Below are positions 50,106 through 62,779 of a DNA stretch of 64,000 nucleotides, one piece after another. The number at the start of each line of letters is the position of its first letter. The stretch's first letter is position 1. Source of the stretch: Octopus bimaculoides (taxonomy: Eukaryota); NCBI RefSeq assembly GCF_001194135.2, contig NC_068987.1, positions 60,688,085 through 60,752,084 on the forward strand, given 5' to 3'. The translations under genes were made by a program, and so were the position numbers. The notes beneath the pieces were generated by a model that was not told the DNA's origin, made no database searches, and saw nothing but the letters and a program-made list of their open reading frames with translations.

Positions 50106-51589
50106 GGTACTAGAACAGAGCTAGGTGGTTTATGGTGAGTTCTTAGCCCATTATCACGTGGTCACAAGACCGACCAGGCTATCAAAAGTTGTTACACATT
50201 GCTAGTCACAATGCGTTTTGCATTGTTTTAGTCTTCAAATGATGTCACCCTGCTGGCTAGGCAAGTAGGTCAACATTCTCTCCTCCCCCTCGGTTGAAAG
50301 GATAACTGGAACAATGTGAAATGGAGTGTTTTGTTCAAGACCACAATGCGCCACCAAATCAAGGAATCAGACCCACAATCTAGCAACAGCCTAACCAATA
50401 GGACACGTGCCTTTGCTAGTCCATTCTGTCACTCCAAATTCTTTAACACTATTTTGCTACAGTTTAAGTCTTCCATATTGAAGATCTTTTTGTTTTTCTC
50501 TTTAAAATGAAATAAATATATTACAAAAATTTAGATTTCGTGGTTTATGCCAGAATCAATTCTTTGATTGAATTTCTATCTCATTAGAATGTTATGTCCT
50601 TAATTGAGGTTAAATTCTGAATGCAGTTTAGATTAATAACTTGCATACCATATTTGGTACAGGCACTGAGTGGCTAAGAAGCTTCCTTTCCAAACATATG
50701 GTTTCAGATTCAATCTCAATGTGCAGCACATTGAATAAATGCTTTTTACTATGCCCACGGCTGACCAAAGCCTTGTAAGTAGATCTGGTTGACTGAAACT
50801 GAAAGAAGCTCTTCATACAAATATACAAACACACATACATACACACACCATTACACATATAAGCATACATGCATACACATACATGTACACAGGCATATGG
50901 CTGTGTGGTTAAGAAGCCATGTGGTCTGAGGTTCAACTTTACTGCACAGCACTTTGGGCCAGTGTCTTCTGTGTGTGCATGCAACGCATTTGTCTCTTGA
51001 CATCACATGATGTTTATAAACAAGTGTTGTCTGTTTCTAGTCTTCCTCGGAAAACTTGTTTGGTCATGGGGAAATATTACCTTTCTTGGCAACAGTTGAC
51101 AATTGGCAACAAAGAAGACATCCAACAGAAAACCTGTTGTTAAATTCTGTCTGAGCCATGCAAACATGGAAAAGTGGACGTTAAGACGATGAGGAGTGGG
51201 TAATGATGATGATGATGATCATCATACTTAGCAAACAGCAGCATCATTGATCACAGGTTTTTCAATTGGCCAATTGATTATTCACTGACTTTCTAATGGT
51301 GTGAGTGACAGTAAACCCATGCTGAACAAATAATGCATAGGGTTTTGAAATTCCTTGTTTTTTATATTCTTTATGATTGTTGTTTGCATCTTTCACCAAT
51401 ATACATCTTACTTCTGCTATTATGGTAAACTGTTTCTATCTAGGCTTCTTTTATTTGAGGTTGGTAAGATAACTGTCATCTATATACGGTGATATAATTG
51501 CTTGGTTTTCTTGTTATATAAATGGTATGTGTGTGATATTTGTATTTATATTGATATCTCAAGAATGATTATACCTTTATAGTGTCAGC

Positions 51590-52060
51590 ATTGAGATATC
51601 ACTTAATAAACTTTACCTACAACTTCTTTAGACAGAGTGCTTATAGTTTGAGATATAATCCTGATATCTTTATTTGATACCTTTACAAACAGTACTGATT
51701 TCTCATATTTAGCTATACTTTTGATATATCCAGATATCTTAAGCTACAAAACTGATATGTGATAGCTTTACCAATAGTGTTGTTATCACTTGATATCTTT
51801 GTATGAGGTGCTAATATATTCTGATAAAATTGCTACAATGGTGATATCTTCTGATATCTTTAGATTCAATGCTAATATCTTCTGACAGCTTCAAATACTG
51901 TATTGATATTCTCTTGATAGTTTTAGATTCAGTACTGATAACACTTGTTCTCTAGAGATAAAGAGTTGATATTCTCCTGACAACTTTAGGCAGAGGGCTG
52001 ACATTACTTGATAGCTTTAGATTCATAGATAATATCTCCTGATACATGTAGATACATTCT
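51590..52060. repeat. Degenerate ~30-35 bp minisatellite
   Basis: Recurrent GATAT(C/T)..CTGATA(G/T)CTTTAGATTCA-like units. Confidence 0.6.
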
Positions 52061-52639
52061 AGAGGCCATTATAACAACAGAAAAGATGGTGGAGGCACAA
52101 GACCAGCCAGCTCCAAGGAGCAGAGGCTATTATAATAGCAATATAAAAAGATGAGGGTGCCTGAGTAGTGGAGGTACAAGACAAGCCAGCTCCAAGAGTT
52201 GACATCACACATATGGGCCAGAGGCTGAAATATGTCCATCAATGATGAATTGCCAATCAGTAAGTGGTTCTACTCTGGATGCAATCCAGGATGTTAGTAT
52301 GCATAAAAGTGGTACCATTCCAGCTGTAGTAGTGCTCTACTGTGGGTCCCACATAAGCCTTCTAGAGTGTCATCAGCTATTGATGTCTGAAAATTCTTTA
52401 TTTTATCAACTCTTTAACACAAAGTCAACCTTGGAGGGATTTGAACATACAAGTCATAACTAAATACCACAAAGCATTTAATCCACTGCTCTCATGATTC
52501 TACTAATCTGTTACCCTTAAGATTTTAATGCATGCACAAAACTTGAGATCTATGGGAGATCTCTTAATTGATTGGTATTTCATTTTATCAAACTCAGAGG
52601 AATAAAAGACGAAGACAACTTTGGTAAATTCTTTGCTTA

Positions 52640-53085
52640 TATTATGAATGTCAAGTAATGACCAAAAGAGTATGCTCAAAAATACAAGTGGCCAAAATGG
52701 GGTTCTTCTGAAGAATCTCTGGAGTAAATTTACTTGACTGGGTGTACAGCTTGGAAATCATGGTGTCTCTTCAGGTCGAGATACTTCCTATCCACATTGT
52801 GAGATCACAGATCTGGTACCACTGGTACTACAGACAAGTAATTACAATATTGCAGGAAAGAACCACAAAGATATATGCTTAAAGCTGAGCCAACCAACAG
52901 GAAACCTAGGGATAGAACAAGATTATATCTAGAAACTCAGTTGGTCACATTTGGGAATCCAACCTGAAATTATAATGACTATGGCCTCTTATAGAACCTT
53001 ATAGAGGTGATTAGCCTGAAGATTTTATTCCCATGACTCTCCCAGGAATACTGGGTGGAGAGGACGGATGGGTGGATGGATGACT
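52640..53085 (+). mobile_element. RTE LINE 3' end (Rex3/Expander-like) with (GGAT)n tail
   Basis: GKPRDRTR..DYI*KLSWSHLGIQPE resembles GRPRTRWRDYVSRLAWERLGIPPE; the element ends GGACGGATGGGTGGATGGATG. Confidence 0.65.
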
Positions 53086-53200
53086 GTATCATATCCCTTG
53101 TGGTAATGTCTACTGGCCATTGAGTTTTTAGGTAGATTAAAAAGAAAAATAAAGGTTTATTGTTTGTCTACTGAAATACATATATAAAATACAAACATAT

Positions 53201-53560
53201 AGGCATAAGCATGGCTGTGTGGAAAGAAGCATGCTTCCCAATCATGGTTCCAGGTTCAGTCCCATTGCATGACACCTTGGGCAAGTGTCTTCTACTATAG
53301 CCTCAGGTCGACCAAAGCTTAGTGAGTGGATTTGGTAGATGGAAATTGAAAGAAGCCTTTCATGCATGTGTTTGTTATCCACCACCAGTGTCTGTGTGTT
53401 TACATCCCTGTAACTTAACTGTTCACCAAAAGATATTGATAGAATAAGTACCAGTCTTAAAAAAAATAAGTACTGAGGTTGATTCATTCAACTAAAAATT
53501 CTTCAAGGCAGTGCCCCAGCATGGCTGTAGTCTAAGGACTGAAACAAATAAAAGACAAAA
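53201..53560 (+). mobile_element. tRNA-derived SINE, family A
   Basis: Family A head with AGGTTCAGTCCC B box, body and tail. Confidence 0.85.
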
Positions 53561-54360
53561 GGTACAAGATTCTAAATAAAATTAGTTAACAGCCTCCACA
53601 AAAACAGTATAGAAGAAAATAAAGTAAAACAAAAATTAAAATCAACTTATTGGATAATTTGTAATATACTTCAATAAAATTTACAAATTCTGATTTGCTT
53701 TATGCTCTTTTTCTCCATTTTTTTTTTTTTATCCCATACATTGTTAGCTTCTAATTCCTCTTTGTTCAAGTTAAATGTTATAAATGCATGCACACTGACA
53801 TAAATGGTTGTTTGCATATATGCAAGTATATGGAGAAATCTATGCAAAATCACACTGCTTTCCATCTGTACAAGTCTACAAGTACATTGTAGCATGCAGA
53901 AACTCTAGTGGAGACATGTACTCATAAGACACACATATGTTTCTGTCAAATTTAAGTAAGTACTAAAATATCCAAAGAAAGCCTGTAAAATCTATTTCCG
54001 AAATTGGAACGCTCTTCAATTAAAATCCTTTATTTAAGTAGATTATCTATTTCATCTTATGCAAAGCTGCTTGCTACATACATGAGTGTGTGTGTGTGTG
54101 TGTGTGTATAAGCATATTTATATAAATATGCATATATATGTATATATATATATATGTATGTATGCATATATATATCTATATATATATATAAGCATGTATT
54201 TATATGTATATATCCATGTATATGTATTTATGTATGTGTATATATATATATGTGTGTGTATATGTAAATATGTTGCCTCCTGGTCCACCAGTCCTCAGTC
54301 AAATCGTCTAACCCATGCTAGCATGGAAAGCGGACGTTAAACGACGATGATGATGTATGT

Positions 54361-55890
54361 ATCATCATCATCATTGTTTAATGTCCACTTTCCATGCAGG
54401 CATGGGTTGGACAGTTTGACTGGGGACTGGCAAGCCAGGAGGCTGCACTAGGCTCCAATCTGATCTGGCAACGTTTCTACAGCTGGATGCCCTTCCTAAC
54501 GCGAACCATTCCGAGAGTGTAGTGGGTGCTTTTTACATGCCACTGGCATGGGAGCCAGTCAGACGGTACTGGCATTGGCCACGTTTGGATGGTGCTTTTT
54601 ACATACCACCAACACAGGAGCCATTCGGGGCAGGAGGGCTGGCATCGACTATGTTCGGTTGGTGCTTTTTACACGCCACCGGCATGGGGAGCCAGACAGG
54701 CGGCACTGGCAACGACCCATGCATGAATGGTGCTTATTGCATGTCACCAGTACAGGAGTCAGTCAGGCAGCACTGCCATCGGCCACAACAACAATTTCTA
54801 TTTGATTTGATTTACTTGACTCAATAGGTCTCCTCAAGCACAGCATGTCGCCCGATGATCTGAAGGTACTTTTTAAGTGAGCTGGTTATTCTACACTGGT
54901 GCAGGCTGCAGCTGTGATCTCACTTTACTTGCCAGGTCTTCTCAATCACAGCATATCTCCAGAGGTCTCGGTTTTACATCATTGCTTCTGTGAGGCCCAG
55001 TGTTCGAAGGTCATGCTTCACCACCTCATTCCATGTTTTCCTGGGTCTCCCTCTTGCATGGGTTCCTTCCACTGTTAGGGAGTGGCACTTCTTCACACAG
55101 CTCTCTTCACCCATATGCAGCACATGACCATACCAGCGCAGTTATCTCTCTTGCACACCTCATCTGATGTTTCTTATGTCCAACTTTTATCTCGGGGCGC
55201 TTACACTCTGTCGTGTGTGCACACTGGCATTACGCATCCAGCAGATCGTACTAGCTTCATTTCTTTCGAGCTTACGCATGTCTTCAGCAGTCACTGCCCA
55301 TGTTTCACTGCCTACACATACATCATACAATCTACCTTTCACTCTGAGCAAGAGGCCCTTTGTCACCAGCAGGGGTTGGAGCTTTCTGAACTTTGCCCAG
55401 GCTATTCTTATTCTAGTGGCAACACTCTCCGAGCATCCACCCCCACTGCAGACTTGGTCACCTAGGTAGTGGAAGCTATCAACTGCTTCTAGTTTCTTCC
55501 CCTGGCATGTGATGGAATCAGTTTTCTGAACATCTGCAGTGTTTACTGCCCCTGTGCATCTGCCACACACAAAAGCTATCTTCCAGGTTAACTATCCTTT
55601 GATGTTGCTGTACCACTTATGTCTCCATAGCTTACACTGGGTACATCTTATGGAGTTTCTACCTACATCTTTTCTACAGATCAAGCAGGGCCATCTACCT
55701 GAAGGGGTTTGTGATGTGTTCACTTTCCTACTTACTAGAACTTTGATTTTTGCTTCATTGACTCTAAGGCGCTTTGAATCTAAACCTTGCTTCCACACCT
55801 AAAATTTCCTCTCTAGTTCTGGTAGTGATTCTGCTATGAGAGCAAGGTCATCAGCATAGAGGAGCTCCTAGTGGCAACCTGTCTTGAATT
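54361..55890 (-). mobile_element. 5'-truncated RTE-clade LINE: RT C-terminus, PHD-like finger, 3' UTR and (GAT)n tail
   Basis: ELLYADDLALIAES (YADD at 55847-55858), VWKQGLDSKRLRVNEAKIK, LEAVDSFHYLGD, RIAWAKFRKL, WYGHVLHM, GRPRKTWNEVV; the ORF has stops and frameshifts. Confidence 0.93.
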
Positions 55891-56546
55891 CCAACATGTC
55901 ACCAACTATCTCTGTCATCACCATCAGCACCTCATCTGCTATTCTGTCATCACCAACACCACCTTAGTACCAGTCACTGTCATCACTGTTGATATCTCAA
56001 TATGTATTTCTATCATTATCATCTCTCCTCTAGCCATCTATCATTGTCACAAACATCTCCATAAGCATCTGTCATCACCATTAATATATCACACCTACTA
56101 ATCATTGTCATCACCACCATCACTTCAGTAGTCATCACCTTAGATATGTTTATCATAAGCACCAACACCTCACCAGCTGTCGCTGTCATCACAACCACCA
56201 TCTTACCAGATATCTCAGTCATCCCATTAACATTTCACACCTACTATCATTGTCTTCACCATCACCTCAGTAGTTATCACTGTCATCATCTTCATCATTC
56301 AGTAGATATGTCTACCATGACCATCAATACCTCACCAGTATTCGCTGTCATCACAACCACCATCTTACCAGATATCTGTTGTTCTCATTAATATCTCATT
56401 ATTGTTGTCATCACCACCATCATCTTCACCTGTTTAGTCATCTTTGTCATCATCATCATCAACATCTTCACAGCTCCCTCTGTCATCATGATCCTCAGCA
56501 TTTCACCAAATGTCACTGTCATCACCACCAACATCTTTCTAGTTCT

Positions 56547-56599
<53 letters not shown>

Positions 56600-57010
56600 C
56601 ATCATCATCAATATCTTAGTAATTATTGGCTGTTGGTAGCAACTGTGGAGATTGTGACAGTCTACATCTCGTTAACTATCTCCGCCAACATCATTATTAT
56701 AAGTACAGTCATTATCATTTTCAAATTTGGTTTGATCACTTCTGCAATCATCGTCATCACCATCATCATGGCCATCAAGTTCAATGTCATTATTATTAAT
56801 ACTCTAATGAGCATGGTAATTATCAACACTGCCATATCTAACACCGACACCACCGTCACTACTACCACCACTGCTATCAGCATTTTAACAACATAAATTT
56901 ATCGCCTTAATGATGTCCGTAATTATCCTCATGGCCACTGCCATGATTGGTTGTTATTACTACTGTAATAGACTATATTACAACCTCAACCATTATCATG
57001 ACTATTGTCA
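55891..57010. repeat. (CAT/CAC)-rich low-complexity tract with an internal ~165-nt duplication and a (CT)n run
   Basis: CATCACAACCACCATCTTACCAGATATCT occurs twice (~56187 and ~56349); (CT)n at ~56545-56594. Confidence 0.85.
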
Positions 57011-57349
57011 TTGGCCTACTGTAGTCACCATATTGTGACAGTAAGTTCTCAACAATTTTCACTTTGATATATTGTTTACATTGCTAAATCCATCTTTCTG
57101 TTTTCAATCTCAGATAGGAATTAAAAAAAAACAAAACATATAGGCTTCAGGGTATGCCTCATTTCTTGCTGAGGACTTTAATGACTTTGTGTCCAATTAA
57201 GATATCTAATTTGCAGTTATTATTATTATTCAGTAGTCTTGTTTTTATTGCATGGTTTGACTGCACTACTGAGCGCAGCTCTGTGTGCCTTGGGTATGTG
57301 CTGTGGTTTGTTTTGGTGTTGTTATTTTCACAGTATTGAAAGTGCTTTA

Positions 57350-57580
57350 GGCGGCGAGCTGGCAGAAACGTTAGCAAGCCGGGCGAAATGCTTAGCAGTA
57401 TTTCGTCTGCCGTTACGTTCTGAGTTCAAATTCCGCCAAGGTCGACTTTGCCTTTCATCCTTTCAGGGTCAATTAGATAAGTACCAGTTACGCACTGGGG
57501 TCGATGTAATCGACTTAATCCGTTTGTCTGTCCTTGTTTGTTCCCTCTATGTTTAGCCCCTTGTGGGCAATAAAGAAATA
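57350..57580 (+). mobile_element. tRNA-derived SINE, family B, young full-length copy
   Basis: GGCGGCGAGCTGGCAGAAACGTTAGC...GAGTTCAAATTCCGCC...GGGCAATAAAGAAATA; CpGs retained. Confidence 0.9.
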
Positions 57581-57594
57581 ATAATTATTATTAT

Positions 57595-58500
57595 TAGTTT
57601 CAAATTCTGCTAAGATTGACTTTGCTTTTCATCTTCTAGAAGTACCAGCTGAGTACTGGAGTCAATGTAATCAACTTATCCCCTGCCCCAAAATTGCTGG
57701 CCTTGTGCCAGAATTTAAGACCATTATCATTAATAAAGGCGGCAAGATGGCAGAATCGTTAACATGCCAAGTAAAAATGCTTAGTGGCATTTTGCCTGTC
57801 TTTATGTTCTGAGTTCAAGTTCTGCCATGATCAACTTTGCCTTTCATCCTTTCAGAGTCAATATAATAAGTACCATTTGAACACTGATGTCAATATAATC
57901 AACTTATTCCCTCCCTGAAATTTCTGGCCTTGTGTGAAAATTTGAGAGCACTATTATTGTTATTATATTGAGGAGAGGGCACTTGCCCTAGTATTCTTGG
58001 TGATCGTTGTTTTGTGGGTTTTCACAAGCAGCTCTAAGAAGTCTCTCTGTTCTGGGGAATTATTTTTGTTGGAATTTACTTTACTGTTGTTCTTTTTTAT
58101 ACTCCTTTATGTAACCTCGTGTTGTAATGTCCTGTACTATTCCCAATGTTTTTGTGAACTCTTGTTGGTTAATACAGAAAGCATATTTTCATTATTGAAA
58201 GTGGTGAACTGGCAGAATCATTAGAACGCCAGACAAAATGCTTAATGGTATTTCATGTCTTTACATTCTTAGTTCAAATACTGTTGATGTTGACTTTGTC
58301 TTTCATCCTTTCAGGGGCTACAGAATAAGTTCCTGTCAAGTACTGGGATCAATGTAATTGACTAACCCTCTCCACCAAAATATCAGGCTTTGTGCCAAAA
58401 TAAGAAAGGATTATAATTGTTGTCATTATCATTACTAAGCTGCTGTGCTAGCAGAATCCTTAGTGTCAGACAAAATGTCTAGCAGCATTTCTTTCTTCAT
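57595..58500 (+). mobile_element. Cluster of four older family B SINE copies in the same orientation
   Basis: Copies at ~57595-57725, 57738-57955, 58200-58410 and 58435-58500, separated by (TAT)-rich tails. Confidence 0.8.
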
Positions 58501-58859
58501 CAAGTTTAACTCTTTAGCTTTCAGATTACTCTGTCAAATGTAAGGCTTATTTATTCACGGTGTCGTGTGTATGGTATGCATATATATCCTTTGGTCTGTG
58601 ACTATACTGGGGCACTACCCTTACATTTGTGTGTTTGTATGTGTGTAGACGCGTCTGTGTGTGTGTGTGTATATATATATTTATATAATGTGACACCTGA
58701 CTGGCCCTCGTGCCGGTGGCACGTAAAAGCACCCACTACACTCTCGGAGTGGTTGGCATTAGGAAGGGCATCCAGCTGTAGAAGCTCTGCCAAATCAAAT
58801 TGGAGCCTCAGTCAAATTGTCCAACCCATGCTAGCAGGAAAGTGGATGTTAAACGATGA

Positions 58860-59150
58860 TGTGAAGGCCCATGGTTCAGTGGTTAGAGCACCGGGCTATA
58901 AATCATGAAGTAATGAGTTTGATTCCTGAACCAGGCTGTGTTGTGTTCTTGAGCAAGATACTTTATTTCATGTTGCTCCAGTTCACTCAGATGTAGAAAT
59001 GTGTTGTAACATTGCTGGTGCCAAGTTATACAAGTCTTTGCCTTTCCTTTGCACAACATCCACAAAGAACCTCTCCTAGACTTGTGCCTTGGATGGGATC
59101 TTTCTAGGTGCAATCCCAAGGTCATTTATGACTGAAGGGGCTTCCTACAC
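58860..59150 (+). mobile_element. tRNA-derived SINE, family C
   Basis: TGGTTCAGTGGTTAGAGC A box, GTTTGATTCC B box; body as at 45625-45930. Confidence 0.8.
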
Positions 59151-59544
59151 ATTCTGATTGAATCTTCTGCATGAAAACATGTACCTCCTTGCAACAATGT
59201 AAACTTTCATTTAATCAAGATATTCGCAGCCTGAAGAGTAGCCTGCAGTATACTCCTCGCTTGGATATTTACCACTTCCGAGGTTCTGCTCACTATGAAA
59301 CATTTTTAGCCTGGATCTTATCGGCTCCATTCCTTAACTCTTATTTTCTTATATGCATACCTGACAAATCTGGTCGCCAACCATGAAATATAAAGAGAAC
59401 TTTTTTCTGTTCATCATACTTCGATATGAAAAAAATTCACAACGTTCCGTCTCAATAAACCACTATTGTCCCTGAAAATTGTTCTTTATATTTATTATGG
59501 ATTGCTTGAAGCTAACTTTCTTTCTACACCTTGATCCCTAGATC

Positions 59545-59597
<53 letters not shown>

Positions 59598-59598
<1 letters not shown>

Positions 59599-59923
59599 TA
59601 CGGAGATGTACTTGCATAGCAAGTGACCTGATCTGAGAACGTGTACTGGAACGAAAACAATTGCAGTGTGGAAGGTGTTTATAAGCCATTTAAGAAACAC
59701 ACAAAAACCATTAGATTCACTTCAACATTTAAATTTAATTTGTGTCAAAATATTTTCGTCGCTTTGAGACCGCGACACCACAGAATTTTGTCAGTAAACA
59801 GGTCGTGGTCTCAAAGCGACGAAAATATTTTGACACAAATTAAATTTAAATGTTGAAGTGAATCTAACGGTTTTTGTGTGTTTCTTAAATGGCTTATAAA
59901 CACCTTCCACGCTGCAATTGTTT
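59598..59923. repeat. Foldback structure: 122-bp near-perfect inverted repeat with a 25-nt loop, set between (TA)n runs
   Basis: 59655-59776 is the reverse complement of 59802-59923 with only 3 differences. Confidence 0.92.
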
Positions 59924-60388
59924 ATATATATTTGTTCTGCCTTGTCTTGACATCACATGCTAATTGCAAACAAGTGTCACCGTCATGCTAGTGGTACCAT
60001 TCATTTCTAGACTTCCAAGAACATATGACTAGCCTTAGAGGAATATGACCTTGCTTGGAAACAAGTCAAGGTTGGTGACAGGAAAGGCATTCAATCATAG
60101 CAAATCAACCATCTGAGCCATGTTAACATTGTTAAAACAATAATGATGATCCTGAATACTCACTGCACTCTCACTTTTGGAATTATCTTCCATATAATTA
60201 TTATATGCACATGGTCCAACCCATGCCAGCTTTGAATGATGACAATAGCTGCAGTGGTGGCTGCTGCTGTTGTTTTTGTATTCACTTTTGTTTGTTTAAT
60301 TTTCATGTTTTTTTTTATTTTCTAAGACCTCCACTGAAATTTTCCAGTTTTCTAACTTTGTAATTCTTTATTTTTATTTTTCTCACAG

Positions 60389-60496
60389 CTCAGTCAGATT
60401 TTGGGCCACAGTGACCAATTATATGTTCGGCTCCCTAGTGGATTGCGGGTTTGGCAATTTACCTTGGCTTTGGTGTTTACTGTGATTGCTGTGTGG
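60389..60496 (+). CDS. TP53I11: TP53I11 coding exon (into the first transmembrane helix)
   Basis: Long pyrimidine tract, CACAG| acceptor and TGG|GTAAGT donor, phase 0/0. LSQILGHSDQLYVRLPSGLRVWQFTLALVFTVIAVW aligns to human [36 protein letters not shown] (from memory). Confidence 0.93.
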
Positions 60497-60759
60497 GTAA
60501 GTACTGATTTTTCTTTTCTTTTTTTTTTTTTTTTTTCATTCTTAACAATTTAAGATTATTATTATTGCTGTGTCTCTACTATATATGTAAATTAGCTTTG
60601 CCCATGACAGAAAACAATACACACACACACACACACACACATGTACACATGCTCTGGTGTATAGCACTCAGAATCTGAAATAATCATAGAAGCTAAAGAG
60701 AAGAGGGCTGCACATGAAACAAGAGTCTCACTGGTTACTGACTCTGCTACTACATTCTC

Positions 60760-61085
60760 CTGTAAAAGACCCCCTTCAATCATGAAATACTGTGGGATTG
60801 CACCTAGAAAGTTCCCCTCTGAAGTACAAGTCCGGTGAAGGTTGATTTTTATGGAAGACTAGCAATCGCCCATGCATACCAGCCTCCCTTCTCCACACCA
60901 CCAATGTTGTCCAAGGGAAAGGCAAAGGCCAATACAGCTTGACACCAGTGACATCACAACTCCTGAGTGAACTGGAACAATGTGAAAAAAAAGTGTCTTG
61001 CTCAAAAACACAACACACAGCCTGGACCGGAAATCGAACTCACTAACTTATGATTGTGAGCCCAGTGCTCTAACTACTGAGCCAA
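60760..61085 (-). mobile_element. tRNA-derived SINE, family C
   Basis: Reverse complement of the 45625-45930 / 58860-59150 family. Confidence 0.8.
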
Positions 61086-62779
61086 CTGTTGATTTTATGC
61101 TAATATTGACCTAATAAAGCCTTCTCAGGACCCACAAAGTGTAAAGCCTCTAATCTGGTCATCTTCAGAGACCTGGAGGCAATTGTTGTGTGTGTGCATG
61201 CATGCACACACATACATACATGTGAGTATATACATGGTACATACATCATACATACTATACATTTATTTTATAGACATATTTATGTGTATTTTCTGTCTGT
61301 CTATATGAGACAGAATGAAATAGAAAAAGGGGTTGAGACCAAGAGGTAGACAGAGCTGTCAGGAGAGAGAGAATGATAATTAATGAAAACATGACATTCT
61401 TAAAGTTTTACTTTTACATAACTTTATAAACATGTCATTCAGTGAATTTGTTTGTTTGTTTTGGTTTTTTTTACAGAACTCAGTCTATGTATATGTTGAT
61501 GGGCATTTGTTATGAATAACTTGTCTTTGTTTCTGAGTTGTATGTATGTGCTTGTTTGTGTATGTGAAACTCATTCTTTTCCTTTTCTTTTTTTTGTGAG
61601 AAATGGTGACAGTGTTGATGTAATAATGAACAGAATTCTTCTATTTTGAGACTTCTTCTGTCAGTTTCCCTTCAGATTTTTTCAGGTACAAGGGCTTTTG
61701 ACTAAGTGTAGATAAGTTGTCATTTTATTGTGACAAAGTTTAGTTTAGTTCAAAAACAAGAAATGCACATGCAAACAGAATTTTAGTATTTAAATATGTG
61801 GTTGTGGTTGAGATCATGTGGCCTAGATTCAGTCCCACTGCATGATGCCTTGGGCAAGTATCTTCTACTATAGTCTCTGGCCAACCAAAGCCTTGTGGAT
61901 GGATTTGGTAGATGGAAACTGAAAGAAGTCCATTGTATGTGCACGCGCACGCACGTGTGTGTGTGTTTGTGTGAGACCCCATGTCCTGATATAACATGAT
62001 GATTGTAAACAATCATCACTGTCATACAAGCAGTGTTCATTTCCACTCTTCTGTACAAAACATTGTCTGAACATGAGGAAACTGGTAAGGTTGGTTGATG
62101 GCAAGAAGGACATTTGGCCATAGAAAAGCTACCTCAACTAATTCCAGATTTTATTAGCCACTTTGCAGTACCATCTAACTTCATTTGTTTCTAGACCATT
62201 AAAGAATCATTTCAGATGTTCACCCTGTACCATAGCTTTTGGTCCAGCATGGTGATATGTCCTCTCTTCTACAAGTTTACCAGTTTGGCCTACTGTCATT
62301 AAACTTCAGAGCTGTGGATTTGAAACTTATTTCTTCTATGCTTTGTTTCAATAAATGAAACCATACCACTTCATATAAACACACAGGATGAAACCATTCC
62401 ATATGTATATGTTAAGTAGCATGTTTTCAACCTGCTGGCTATGGCCATACTGTATGCATGTATGTACATGTTCATATATTATTACTGACAACACACATTA
62501 TAGATGTAAACCAGAATTACACAGAGGGAATATGAAACTCTTTAATATATCATCATCATTATTATTGTTTTAACATCCTCTTTGTCCGCTTAGACAGAAT
62601 TTGATGAGGCAGACTTTCTATGGCTGGATGGATGCCCTTCCGGTCATGAACCCTCACCCATTTCCAAGTAAGGTAATATTTCTCCATGACCAGACATGCT
62701 TTCAAACATTTAGAAATTAAAGACACTGCTTTCATGATGGTGGCACATTTACTACTATCAGGTGATGTCAAAATAACCA

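Larger units (their letters stand above)
13061..60388 (+). other. TP53I11: 47,328-nt phase-0 GT-AG intron of TP53I11
   Basis: Flanking exons join in frame (HRSK|LSQILG), collinear with the TP53I11 protein; no intervening homologous sequence is required. Confidence 0.85.

Noticed and set aside
54525-54790. CRISPR-like look: GGTGCTTTTTACA(T/C)(G/A)CCAC at 54525, 54591, 54661 and 54729 with variable intervening sequence
   Set aside because: The intervening parts are homologous to each other, the array lies in the 3' UTR of an RTE LINE in a eukaryotic intron, and there are no cas genes; it is a 66-70 nt tandem repeat.
55871-56896. His/Ile/Thr-rich ORFs
   Set aside because: Translations of (CAT/CAC) low-complexity DNA, open in several frames on both strands.
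61470-61700. Candidates for the next TP53I11 exon (after TTACAG at ~61476; FPFRFFS at ~61664-61685)
   Set aside because: The first hits an early stop and neither resembles the expected ALxFP..LY continuation; the next exon probably lies beyond the window.
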